Shown one piece after another: positions 1-9,328 of a DNA stretch of 64,000 nt. The notes under the pieces are model-generated. The model worked only from the letters and a program-made list of their open reading frames with translations, was not told the origin of the DNA and did not search any database. The position numbers and the translations under genes are program-made. Source of the DNA: Thermoproteota archaeon (lineage in GTDB: Archaea; Thermoproteota; Thermoprotei_A; Sulfolobales; Ignisphaeraceae); contig JAUQPB010000001.1 of assembly GCA_030550585.1 (NCBI GenBank), forward strand, positions 576,001 through 640,000, in the 5' to 3' direction. Numbering within the stretch: position 1 is the first letter of the stretch; every line of letters starts with the position of its first letter.

Positions 1-207
1 GCATTGGACATCTACAATACATGTCTAGCCGATGTCACAAACATCGGAATAGAACAAGTTCGTGTTGATGCAATAAAATTTGTTAAAGGAGGTAAAATAA
101 TAGTGTATGATGTTAGCAACAAGAAGTGTTGTCTATGCGTTCACAGATATGAAATTAGTGGAATAGAAATGTGTAGAGAGGTCGTGGCAAAAGACTCTAC
201 TCTTTGA
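1..207 (+). CDS. Probable 3' end of a gene truncated by the window edge (hypothetical protein)
   Basis: Open frame from the window start to TGA at 205-207; no recognisable motif. Confidence 0.35.
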   Translation, partial: ALDIYNTCLADVTNIGIEQVRVDAIKFVKGGKIIVYDVSNKKCCLCVHRYEISGIEMCREVVAKDSTL

Positions 208-322
208 ATATAAACTTCAGCGATAATGAAAGCTGTTTTCGCCAAAGCGTCAAAGCCATTATGTTGAGCAGATTTTAACGATGCAGAGACCTCTCAATGA
301 ACATCAAATTTCATAAACAAAG

Positions 323-1024
323 TTAAGAAGCCTTACACACAGAAACGTTTTTTGGCTTAACATAGCCTTCATATTCGCTCACCGCTACGACATCATATTC
401 TATGCAGATTTTATATTGTCCAAAGAGTGGGGTATAGGTCACAAATGTCTCAGCCTCACCCCCTTCAAAAGATGGGTTGAAGCCATATTTCTTTGAAAGC
501 TCTATAATCTTCAAAGCAAGGTCATGGTCTATAGAGAGACCGAGAAAAGCTTTTGACAGCCCCCACGCATTTACAGAGGTTATTATAAACTCAATGCCGC
601 TTGAGATAATATCGAGAAGATGTTTGCTAGGGTCTTTACCCCAAAAGGGGGTGTATAATTTGACTCCTAGATCTTCACAAACATCTACAAAAAACATTCG
701 TTGTGAATCACTTGCAATAACCCCAAGAATCACATAGTCAAAATCAATTTCTTTGGCTATATTCCTCAAAGCCCTTCTAATCTCTACCTGTTCTGCGAGC
801 TTATTATCGCTATTTATATCAATGACAATGTGCCTATCCTCCATATGTAATAGTTTGGCCTGAATCCTTGTGTAGTCCACAAACGGGCTATGAACATACC
901 ATGGATATGCGGAAGAAGGTTTAAGGGTGATCAGCGCAGCTATTTCAAAGCCTTGTAAAAGTGCTGTATGTAAAGCAAATGTACTGTCTTTACCACCACT
1001 GAACATTATAATGGCTTTGGCTAT
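323..1024 (-). CDS. dph6: Diphthine--ammonia ligase (Dph6/PP-loop ATP pyrophosphatase family); ATG at 1006, possible ATA start at 1024
   Basis: FSGGKDS PP-loop, LGVIASDSQ, TPFWG and C-terminal EGGEAETFV motifs typical of the Dph6/DUF71 family. Confidence 0.85.
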   Translation of the reverse strand: MAKAIIMFSGGKDSTFALHTALLQGFEIAALITLKPSSAYPWYVHSPFVDYTRIQAKLLHMEDRHIVIDINSDNKLAEQVEIRRALRNIAKEIDFDYVILGVIASDSQRMFFVDVCEDLGVKLYTPFWGKDPSKHLLDIISSGIEFIITSVNAWGLSKAFLGLSIDHDLALKIIELSKKYGFNPSFEGGEAETFVTYTPLFGQYKICIEYDVVAVSEYEGYVKPKNVSVCKAS

Positions 1025-1035
1025 GGCGTCATCAC

Positions 1036-1491
1036 CTAACTGTAGAACTTTATCTTTGCATAGAAAACCCTTTTTACCAAATAACCACCAAATAAATCAA
1101 GAGATGCAAATCCTTGTAGAAGCAATTCAAACCCCATGTTCCTGATGGTATTAGAAAACTGTTTTGAGAAGACGGCCATAGAGTTGTCATCGAGCGTGTG
1201 GAATGTGGTATCAGCAATAACCACATCTATACTATTATCAGCATTGAATTTTAGCCACAGTAGATCAGGGTCAGGCCCAAGGTTTTCTGCATTTTCTATA
1301 AATTCTCTTCTAATAGTATATCCCTTGCTTTTTAGCGTTTCGATAATAGCTCTTCTGAAAGCTTTTATAATAGAATTTTCTATTTTTTTCAGTTTATCGC
1401 TATCAATATACTCACGATTTATATACAACCTTTTATGCTTTTCTCTATCAATTTTTCGAGGCAGATACCTAACAATCTCTTCTAAAACCAT
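1036..1491 (-). CDS. Hypothetical protein (151 aa)
   Basis: Clean ORF co-oriented with neighbours, protein-like composition; no family recognised. Confidence 0.6.
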   Translation of the reverse strand: MVLEEIVRYLPRKIDREKHKRLYINREYIDSDKLKKIENSIIKAFRRAIIETLKSKGYTIRREFIENAENLGPDPDLLWLKFNADNSIDVVIADTTFHTLDDNSMAVFSKQFSNTIRNMGFELLLQGFASLDLFGGYLVKRVFYAKIKFYS

Positions 1492-1532
1492 TTTACAATA
1501 TCCTTGTCTAGCACTATATCAATATCTAGTAT

Positions 1533-1937
1533 CTAGTAAAGAACTTGCCTAGCATACTTAATACTTTTATGCAAATCCTCTAGCGAAATAGCTATGTGGA
1601 TAAGCATCAGAGCCAATAAAACACTAGAATATGTAAACATGTATAATATTGCAAGAAACAGGCTAATTGCTTGTGGGGCTAATGCAATAGCAATGAAATC
1701 TTCAATTCTTTCAACGCTAACATTAAATCCGATGTAGAGACCCTTCATCACGAACTTGTATTGCGCTTTAACAGCATTGATCACCATAAAATGTAGCATC
1801 TCATGTAGTAGTCCTATAAATGGTAGGGAGATAATTGCAATGGTGCTCTGCTCTACATTCATCATTTTTGATGTTATTAGCGACATTGCAAAGCCTATGC
1901 ACATATATGCAAATGTCTTTAGTTTCGCCATCCCCAC
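1533..1937 (-). CDS. Small membrane protein with HExxH (putative zincin metallopeptidase, DUF3267-like)
   Basis: LLHEMLH motif between hydrophobic helices, followed by IALAP and a late D residue. Confidence 0.6.
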   Translation of the reverse strand: MGMAKLKTFAYMCIGFAMSLITSKMMNVEQSTIAIISLPFIGLLHEMLHFMVINAVKAQYKFVMKGLYIGFNVSVERIEDFIAIALAPQAISLFLAILYMFTYSSVLLALMLIHIAISLEDLHKSIKYARQVLY

Positions 1938-2042
1938 ACCCTGGTATAGCTACATAAAACTAATCCATGATGACATAATATATTCAACTGTAAGACCGAG
2001 TAGGTGACAAAAATAGTTGCTCTACCGGTTTTACCGAAACTT

Positions 2043-2573
2043 TTACCAAGGAACATTCTTCAACTTCAAAAGGTATGCAATATAGTTTGTTAGAATATGC
2101 AACAAAAATGTTAATACTAGCGCGTAAAACCACATTTCATAGGTCATCACAATGAGTTTGAATACTATGCCAAGATATAGTGCCACAATCAAGAATAGTA
2201 GCTGGTCAACTAATGGCAAAGGCTCGCCTGGTCTCAGACCCAATCTTCTTTTAATGAATGCACCAACTAGATCTCCTATCATAGCTCCAAGGCCCAAAAC
2301 AAAACCCGTTAATATGCCCTTCGCAATCAAGTCATTCGTTAAAGAGCTTTGAATAAAACCAGTCAGAACACCTCCCATTATACCAGCAACCAACCCCTCC
2401 CAGCTCTTGCTATCACCAAATATCCTCTTACCATCTAGAAAATTCTTGCCGAAGTCTATTGGATGTCTTCTTAAACCGAGTTTCGATAGAAGCTTTGCCG
2501 CTACGACAGGTGCTCCATTTGCTACATATGCCGGTAAAACAATCCAAATAACATCAACTAGCTCTTTGAGCAA
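2043..2573 (-). CDS. carS: CDP-archaeol synthase
   Basis: PAYVANGAP, PIDFGK..DGKRIFGDSKSWEG, GDLVGAFIKRRLG..PG..LP.VDQL, LKLKNVPW signature motifs. Confidence 0.93.
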   Translation of the reverse strand: MLKELVDVIWIVLPAYVANGAPVVAAKLLSKLGLRRHPIDFGKNFLDGKRIFGDSKSWEGLVAGIMGGVLTGFIQSSLTNDLIAKGILTGFVLGLGAMIGDLVGAFIKRRLGLRPGEPLPLVDQLLFLIVALYLGIVFKLIVMTYEMWFYALVLTFLLHILTNYIAYLLKLKNVPW

Positions 2574-2688
2574 CTTTAAAACCTCAGCTTTTTAGCTTAT
2601 TTTTGATTAAGAAGACCTGGAATTAAAATCATTAACACTTTTATTTTTCACTAGCAAAATCTTTAAGCACTGTAATTAGGTGGGTTGA

Positions 2689-3249
2689 TTGGATTTAAAG
2701 CGTGTTGAAATCAGATGGCATGGTCGTGGAGGGCAGGGAGCTGTAACAGCTTCTATGATACTTGCTGAAGCCGCTATATACCAAGGAAAGTATGCACAAG
2801 CATTTCCAGAGTTTGGTGCAGAGAGAAGAGGGGCTCCCGTGAGAGCATATACCAGAATATCGGAAAAGCCTATTTTTTCAAGAGCGCCAATTATTGAACC
2901 AGATGTTGTAGTTGTTCTCGACCCATCCCTAGATAAATCGCTTTACATTGGCGGCTTAAAAAGCAATGGTGTTTTAATTATAAATACTAGGAAGAGTGTA
3001 AGTGATATTGTGAAGGATATTGGTAGAAGCGATATTAAGATTGCTCGTGTAGATGCAACAAAAATAGCTTTAGAGGTTTTGAAAGCGCCTTTTGTCAATA
3101 TGGCCATGTTAGGTGCAGTAGCTAAGGCAGTTCCAATTGTTGATACAACTTATATCGAAGAAGCGATAAAAGAGAACTTTAGACCCAAGGTAGCAGAGGC
3201 AAATATACAGGCAATGAGAAGAGCTTTCAATGAGGTGGAGATTTCATGA
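2689..3249 (+). CDS. porG: Pyruvate/2-oxoacid:ferredoxin oxidoreductase gamma subunit
   Basis: [35 protein letters not shown]. Confidence 0.95.
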   Translation: MDLKRVEIRWHGRGGQGAVTASMILAEAAIYQGKYAQAFPEFGAERRGAPVRAYTRISEKPIFSRAPIIEPDVVVVLDPSLDKSLYIGGLKSNGVLIINTRKSVSDIVKDIGRSDIKIARVDATKIALEVLKAPFVNMAMLGAVAKAVPIVDTTYIEEAIKENFRPKVAEANIQAMRRAFNEVEIS

Positions 3250-3575
3250 GTTCAAGCACAAAAAGATTGGCTAGCTGGAGAGAGATTCCAATTGGAGGAG
3301 CAATTACAGAGCCTGGCAATAGCGTTAAAAGACCTACCGGCGATTGGAGGGTTTTCAAACCCGTGATAAACCAAGAGAGGTGTGTTAGATGTTATCTCTG
3401 CTGGGTCTTCTGCCCAGAACCAGCTATAAAAATACTTGACAAGCCATATAAGACAGCGAGTGGCAGGGAATGGAAAGTAACTTTTGAGGTAGACTACGAT
3501 TTCTGTAAAGGATGTGGAATATGTGTGGAGGAGTGTCCGGTTAAAGCAATAGACTTTATTGAAGAGGTGAAGTAG
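3246..3575 (+). CDS. porD: Pyruvate/2-oxoacid:ferredoxin oxidoreductase delta subunit (2x[4Fe-4S])
   Basis: TGDWRVFKP, CxxCxxCxxxCP twice ([12 protein letters not shown]; [12 protein letters not shown]); ATGA overlap with porG. Confidence 0.95.
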   Translation: MSSSTKRLASWREIPIGGAITEPGNSVKRPTGDWRVFKPVINQERCVRCYLCWVFCPEPAIKILDKPYKTASGREWKVTFEVDYDFCKGCGICVEECPVKAIDFIEEVK

Positions 3576-3578
3576 GCA

Positions 3579-4781
3579 ATGGAAAAGGATTTATGGATTA
3601 GAATACCTCTAAGCTCAAACTATGCTGCAGCATATGCTGTCAAAGATGTTGATGTGGATGTTGTTGCGGCATATCCTATAACACCACAGACGACAGTTGT
3701 TGAGAAAATTGCAGAGTTTATAGCTAATGGAGAGTTAAATGCTGAGATGATTCATGTTGAAAGCGAGCACTCGGCTCTTAGTGCATGCATTGGGGCGTCG
3801 GCTGCTGGGGCAAGAGTATTTACAGCTACATCAGCTCAAGGACTAGAGCTTATGCATGAGATGTTACATATAGCATCTGGACTAAGACTGCCGATAGTCA
3901 TGGCAATAGCTGCCAGAGCTCTATCGGCTCCTCTAAGCATTTGGGGAGACTATAGCGATGTTATGAACACCAGAGACTCTTCGTGGATAACAATAATTGC
4001 TTCAACAGCTCAAGAAGTCTACGACAGCATCATACAAGCATACAAAGTTGCTGAAAATCCAGACATTTTGTTGCCTGTAATGGTCGCATACGATGGTTTT
4101 ACAATGAGCCATACCTATGAGCCTGTTTATGTAGCCAGGGACAGATCGATAATACTAGACTATGTGCCCAAGAAGAGACCTTCTTGGAATGTACTAGATG
4201 TCGAGAAGCCAATCACTATGGGAGTTGTTGCTAACCCTGATTGGTATTACGAGTTTAAATATCAGCAAGTTGTTGCAATGGAAAAATCTCCTGAGGTGTT
4301 AAAGGAAGCATTTCAAGAGTTTGAGAAGAGGTTTGGCAGAAGCTATGGGTTTATTGAGACCTACAATCTAGAGAATAGTAAAATCGGGATACTAACCTAC
4401 GGCGGATTGTATGGCACTGTGACAGAGGCCATAGATTATATGAAGAAGATGGGAATGAATGTAGCCGCCATTAGGCTTAGGGTCTTCAGACCGTTCCCCT
4501 ACGAAGAGCTTCTAAAGGTTGTTAAAAACCTAGAAGCCCTTATCGTTATCGATAGAGCGATAAGCTTTGGGGCAACATTAGAGGGTCCTGTGGCCATGGA
4601 GCTAGCCACTATGGCCTATAAGAAAGGGTTGGATATAGCATTGCATAGCTATATAGCATCAATTGGTCAAAGAACTGTGACAGAAGAGGATGTTATTGCC
4701 ATTGTCAAGAACACTACCGCACTTCTAGAGAAAGGTGTGAAGGTGACAGAAAAATCCATTTATTGGGGTGTCAGACTATGA
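3579..4781 (+). CDS. porA: Pyruvate/2-oxoacid:ferredoxin oxidoreductase alpha subunit
   Basis: AAYPITPQT, VESEHSA, TATSAQGLELMHE, FRPFP. Confidence 0.95.
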   Translation: MEKDLWIRIPLSSNYAAAYAVKDVDVDVVAAYPITPQTTVVEKIAEFIANGELNAEMIHVESEHSALSACIGASAAGARVFTATSAQGLELMHEMLHIASGLRLPIVMAIAARALSAPLSIWGDYSDVMNTRDSSWITIIASTAQEVYDSIIQAYKVAENPDILLPVMVAYDGFTMSHTYEPVYVARDRSIILDYVPKKRPSWNVLDVEKPITMGVVANPDWYYEFKYQQVVAMEKSPEVLKEAFQEFEKRFGRSYGFIETYNLENSKIGILTYGGLYGTVTEAIDYMKKMGMNVAAIRLRVFRPFPYEELLKVVKNLEALIVIDRAISFGATLEGPVAMELATMAYKKGLDIALHSYIASIGQRTVTEEDVIAIVKNTTALLEKGVKVTEKSIYWGVRL

Positions 4782-5737
4782 GCTCCTCCACAAAGCCAGG
4801 CTATAAAACTGTGTTCGACATACCCAGAGAAGAGTATCAGGCACCAGGCCACGGACTGTGTGCAGGCTGTACAGCAGGGACAATAGTAAGGCTCTTGCTA
4901 AAGGTTGCAGGGCCTAATACTATCGTGGTTAATGCTACTGGCTGTGTAGAGGTATCAACAACAACGTTTCCATATACATCTTGGAGGGTGCCCTACATCC
5001 ATGTAGCCTTTGAAAACACTGCAGCCGTGGCGAGCGGTATAGAAGCCGCCATAAAGATTCTGAAACAAAAAGGTGTTATAGACCCCAACAAACAGATAAA
5101 TATAATTGCGCTTGCAGGCGATGGCGGTACAGCAGACATTGGTATACAAGCACTTAGCGGAATGCTTGAAAGAGGGCACAAGGTAATGTATGTAATGTAC
5201 GACAATGAGGCCTATATGAACACAGGCATTCAAAGAAGTGGTGCAACACCAAAGCTAGCATGGACCACTACAACACCTGTCGGAAAGGTGTTGAAAGGCA
5301 AACTACAAATTAAAAAGCCTATGGCCGAGATAGTAGCAGCCCACAAGATACCATATGTAGCTACGGCGAATCCAGCCTATTTCCTCGATATGATGAACAA
5401 GTTTAGGAGAGGTCTCGAAGTCGAAGGCCCATCATTTATCCACGTGCTACAACCTTGTACAACTGGCTGGAGATTTGATCCAAGACTAGGCATAAAGATT
5501 GCTAGGCTAGCCACAGAAACAGCTATGTGGATAAACTGGGAGCTTGACCACGACGAGTTTAGGGTAACGGTGCCCGTGCCCAAGAGAAAGCATGTAAAGC
5601 ACTATATAAGACTCCAAGGCAGATTCAACCACCTAACAGATGCTGATATAGAAGAGATTCAGAAAATGGTGGATAAGGAGGTTGAGAGAATAAATAAGAT
5701 GGTCGGTAAAGAGGTTATAGGACCTGTTGTAGAGTAG
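4778..5737 (+). CDS. porB: Pyruvate/2-oxoacid:ferredoxin oxidoreductase beta subunit (TPP-binding)
   Basis: GHGLCAGC, ATGCVEV, GDGG...DNEAYMNTG TPP motif; ATG 4778 overlaps porA stop (ATGA) behind GGGGTG. Confidence 0.95.
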   Translation: MSSSTKPGYKTVFDIPREEYQAPGHGLCAGCTAGTIVRLLLKVAGPNTIVVNATGCVEVSTTTFPYTSWRVPYIHVAFENTAAVASGIEAAIKILKQKGVIDPNKQINIIALAGDGGTADIGIQALSGMLERGHKVMYVMYDNEAYMNTGIQRSGATPKLAWTTTTPVGKVLKGKLQIKKPMAEIVAAHKIPYVATANPAYFLDMMNKFRRGLEVEGPSFIHVLQPCTTGWRFDPRLGIKIARLATETAMWINWELDHDEFRVTVPVPKRKHVKHYIRLQGRFNHLTDADIEEIQKMVDKEVERINKMVGKEVIGPVVE

Positions 5738-5738
5738 A

Positions 5739-8069
5739 TTACGGTGCAATCTCTTCAAAAACAGCGCTTTTTTCTCTAACAACAGATCTGTTACCATCTT
5801 TATACACATAAAACACATGGTCTGCTATATCAATAACCTCTCTATCATGTGTAACAACAATTACTTGTGGCATTCTCTGTGAAAGCCTCCTTATGATCTC
5901 GAATACTATTCTTCTCCTCTCCTCATCAAGAAACTGAGTCGGCTCATCTAATATGAAGAAGCCTGGCAATTTTCCAAATATGGTGTATGCTATGGCTATC
6001 CGAAGAGCTATTGCAAGCGCTATGCTCTCACCACCACTCAGCCCCCTCAGATCAATTCTTCCTAGAGGGCTATAAACATCTATGTCAAAGTCCTCATTGA
6101 TTCTTATTTGAAAGTCCATTCCCAATTCATTTAGAATAGAATTTGTATATAGCTCCATTAGTCTTCTAGCCTCTTTTGTGAGGGTTTTTGCTATTAGTCC
6201 ATCTCTACCCATTATGTTGTTGGCTATGATGTCCAAGGCGCCGATTATTTCAACATCTTTTCTAAGCTTCTTAATATCGCTTTCTAAAGACTCTATCTTT
6301 TTTAACAGGCTATCTTTAGTAGTTTCAAGTTCTTTTAGCCTTCCCTCAATAAAATTGGCTTCACTTCTAATTTTCTGCAAATTCATGTTGAGCTCCTTGT
6401 ACTTCAATTCAATATCTTCGTATCTTGTCTTTTCAACGTCTATGCCAAGATCAATAAGCGTCTTTTGAAGCGATTGCAACTCGGTTGAAAGGGTTTGTAG
6501 ATTTGTTCTAAGATCGTTCAGCATCTTTTCAAGCTTTTCTCTTCTATCCTTTAATATTTTCAAGCTTTCTACGGCTTTTCTCTGTAGACATTGCATAGTT
6601 TTAATAATACCAAAATCGTTTAGTTCTATGCACTCGCTGAACTCATCATACAGCTTAGCATCTTCAAGTATCTTCATACCCCGTTGCTTATATTTGGAGT
6701 ATTCCTCTAAGGCCTTTTCTATTTGTTCGCTTAGCGTATCCATTTTTGTACGGAGTTCTGCCAATCTCTCTTTCAATGATTTCAAAGAATTCAGATAATT
6801 CTTTAGAGTAGCCTCAATATTGTCAAGCTCATTTAGAATCTTCTTGCTTTCCCTAATTCTGCCTCCAATATTCGTAAGAATTGATCTCTTAAGATGCTCC
6901 TCAAGAGGTCTTTCACAAACAGGACATGTAGAAGAAGTTGCTATAACATTGACTGATTTTTCGCTTATCTCAATCTCAACTTTTTTCAACTGTTTCTTTT
7001 CTCTAATCTCATCAATTTTGCTTTCTATAATTTTAATATACGCATCTATGTCGTTGGTAGGTGGCGCTTGCTCCAGATGTAGGAAATCTCTAATGTTATT
7101 TAAAAGCGTTTGAAGCTTTGCTTCTTCATCTTTCAATTGTCTCGCTATTTCATCTGCTCTTCTCTTAGCATTTTTATAAATCTCCAGTTTTGAGGCCATT
7201 GAACTCAGATCGAAGTTTGTTATCTCATTGCATATGCTCTCCAATCTCTCATATTTCGAAATTTCATCAAGAATTTCTTTCGCTTGTTTAAGCTTTTCAA
7301 ACTTGTATAACGCGCTTTTCGCCTTCTCTAGTGTCGACACCTCGTTTTCTAGTGGAATCATCTCTTTTTCGAGTTGCTCCTTTCTTTTCTTAAGATTCTC
7401 CAGCTCCTTTTCAATGTGTTCTAACTCTTTTTTGGCTTCATTTAACTGCCTATTTCTCTCATCATACAAAGTCTTTGCTTTGCTCATCTCACTTAAAATG
7501 TCTTTCAAAATCTCCTTTGCTTTTTCAAGCTCGTCTAGACCTAAGAGCTTAAGAATAATCTCTTTTCTCTTTGTTTCACTCTCATCGATGAACTTGGTCA
7601 ACTCATTTTGTCTGGAAATTACAGAGTATCTTATAGCGTCTGACGATGGAACAGAAAGAAGTTTTTCTATGGTGTTTATAACATTTTGCACACCTGTAGC
7701 CAAGGTCCTTTTTATGTTGTCCGGCCCAATCTCTATGAGGTATGCCATGTCAGCCTTTTGATTACTAACAAATCTTTGTACAATGTAGTTTCTTCCACCT
7801 ATATTCATTTCCACTTCTATAAAACCATCAGATGCACCCACCCTCAGAATACCTCTTTTACCCTCTCCTCTAATGCCTTTAGCTGCAGAGGGTGTTGCAA
7901 AAAGCGCATAAAATATAGAGTCGATAATAGAGCTTTTTCCAGCTCCATTGGGGCCTACAAACGCTATTAAGCCGTTTGGCAGTGTTATCTCGGTGTTTTC
8001 ATGGGATAGAATATTTTTTATCTTAATTCTCTTAATGAGTATAGTCTCACTCATACTGTCTGCAATCAC
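5739..8069 (-). CDS. rad50: DNA double-strand break repair ATPase Rad50 (start may be ATG 8054)
   Basis: Walker A GPNGAGKSS, coiled coil with central CPVC zinc hook, LSGGE signature, ILDEPT Walker B, VTHD. Confidence 0.93.
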   Translation of the reverse strand: MIADSMSETILIKRIKIKNILSHENTEITLPNGLIAFVGPNGAGKSSIIDSIFYALFATPSAAKGIRGEGKRGILRVGASDGFIEVEMNIGGRNYIVQRFVSNQKADMAYLIEIGPDNIKRTLATGVQNVINTIEKLLSVPSSDAIRYSVISRQNELTKFIDESETKRKEIILKLLGLDELEKAKEILKDILSEMSKAKTLYDERNRQLNEAKKELEHIEKELENLKKRKEQLEKEMIPLENEVSTLEKAKSALYKFEKLKQAKEILDEISKYERLESICNEITNFDLSSMASKLEIYKNAKRRADEIARQLKDEEAKLQTLLNNIRDFLHLEQAPPTNDIDAYIKIIESKIDEIREKKQLKKVEIEISEKSVNVIATSSTCPVCERPLEEHLKRSILTNIGGRIRESKKILNELDNIEATLKNYLNSLKSLKERLAELRTKMDTLSEQIEKALEEYSKYKQRGMKILEDAKLYDEFSECIELNDFGIIKTMQCLQRKAVESLKILKDRREKLEKMLNDLRTNLQTLSTELQSLQKTLIDLGIDVEKTRYEDIELKYKELNMNLQKIRSEANFIEGRLKELETTKDSLLKKIESLESDIKKLRKDVEIIGALDIIANNIMGRDGLIAKTLTKEARRLMELYTNSILNELGMDFQIRINEDFDIDVYSPLGRIDLRGLSGGESIALAIALRIAIAYTIFGKLPGFFILDEPTQFLDEERRRIVFEIIRRLSQRMPQVIVVTHDREVIDIADHVFYVYKDGNRSVVREKSAVFEEIAP

Positions 8070-9262
8070 CTCAACGGCTTTGTCTTGTTCTTCATAAACG
8101 TTGTTAAACTATTGGTGTTGAACTCCATTTCTATCTTTTTTGCTATTTCAGGTCGTTCTTTCAGATAATCGATAATCTTGGTTGCTATAGCCTTTGAAGG
8201 CTCTCTAGCTAGATTGGTAAGAAGGGTTGCAAGTTCATGGTCTTTAACTATAGACTCCATAATTTTCTGCAAATCTAGATACTCAAGATCTTCAGTAACC
8301 GGCTTCTGTGTTGTAGTCTCCTTCGGTCTCTCATCTGATGACACTATTCTAAAGAACTCTATCTCACCATTACTTCGTAGAGATAGCAAATATTTTTCGA
8401 GAATCTCTATGTTAGAACCAAGCACCTCTACGATGACCATTGGCTGTTTAGAGCTCTGCTTTCTAATCTCAGAGAGCATAGCAGTAAGTTCATTTTGAAA
8501 CTTTTGAAAATCTCTATAGGTAATTCTGATCCAGGGTCTTGTACTAGATAGTTTTATGTATTGCGGCGATGGGTAATCTATGTCTAAATCGATCAATACC
8601 ACATATTTTTCGCAACACTCATTCAGTCTGAAAACCTCTGTAGCACCAGGATAAACAACGTGGCAGGGTCCATGTCTGAAATCAGTCTTTATATGGTAGT
8701 CACCCAGAGCTATGTAGTTAGCCCAGTTCGGGAATTGGCTAAGCGAGATATCAGCATATTCGCTTGGAATTCCAAGTTCCTTTAATAGTAGATGGGCTAC
8801 TATAACAGTCTTTGTATTGTTTGCCAAGGGTTTCGCCAATTTTGATATAGAGTGTCTTTGAGGGTAGGGCACCAACACCAGATGTATCTTTTTGTCCTGT
8901 CCAACATCAACATCTTTTTGAACGATTTCGCCTATGGCAAGCACATCAACAACGTTGAGATCTTGTAGCATGTGGAGAGGTGAGGTTGAATATCTCTTTG
9001 GAATATCATGTTGACCTGCTATCACAACTACCTTGATGTTCTTCTCTTTTAATTTTTTCAAGCCTTTGTATGCAACAATATATGCTTCAGGCGGTGGGTT
9101 TGGGGAGTCAAAGAAGTCTCCAGCATGTATATAAAGATTCACCCTCTCCCTCAAAGCGATTTCTATAGTCTCTCCAAATGCTGAGTAAACATCCTTAGCT
9201 CTGGATAGAAGCCCGTATTGTATTGCCCCCAAATGTGTGTCGCTAACATGTAGAGCGAGCAT
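8066..9262 (-). CDS. mre11: Mre11 nuclease
   Basis: SDTHLG, HAGDFFD, AGQHD, ALGDYH, YPG calcineurin-like phosphoesterase motifs; stop overlaps rad50. Confidence 0.9.
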   Translation of the reverse strand: MLALHVSDTHLGAIQYGLLSRAKDVYSAFGETIEIALRERVNLYIHAGDFFDSPNPPPEAYIVAYKGLKKLKEKNIKVVVIAGQHDIPKRYSTSPLHMLQDLNVVDVLAIGEIVQKDVDVGQDKKIHLVLVPYPQRHSISKLAKPLANNTKTVIVAHLLLKELGIPSEYADISLSQFPNWANYIALGDYHIKTDFRHGPCHVVYPGATEVFRLNECCEKYVVLIDLDIDYPSPQYIKLSSTRPWIRITYRDFQKFQNELTAMLSEIRKQSSKQPMVIVEVLGSNIEILEKYLLSLRSNGEIEFFRIVSSDERPKETTTQKPVTEDLEYLDLQKIMESIVKDHELATLLTNLAREPSKAIATKIIDYLKERPEIAKKIEMEFNTNSLTTFMKNKTKPLR

Positions 9263-9328
9263 TATCAGCGGCCTTGCACACAGTTAATCATTTATATAGA
9301 TACTGTTTGCAATGTTATAAACTAGTTG

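Noticed and set aside
1967-2037. Possible box C/D sRNA starting ATGATGA
   Set aside because: Spacing to candidate D'/D boxes is too long, and the segment coincides with the likely minus-strand promoter of the 1533-1937 gene
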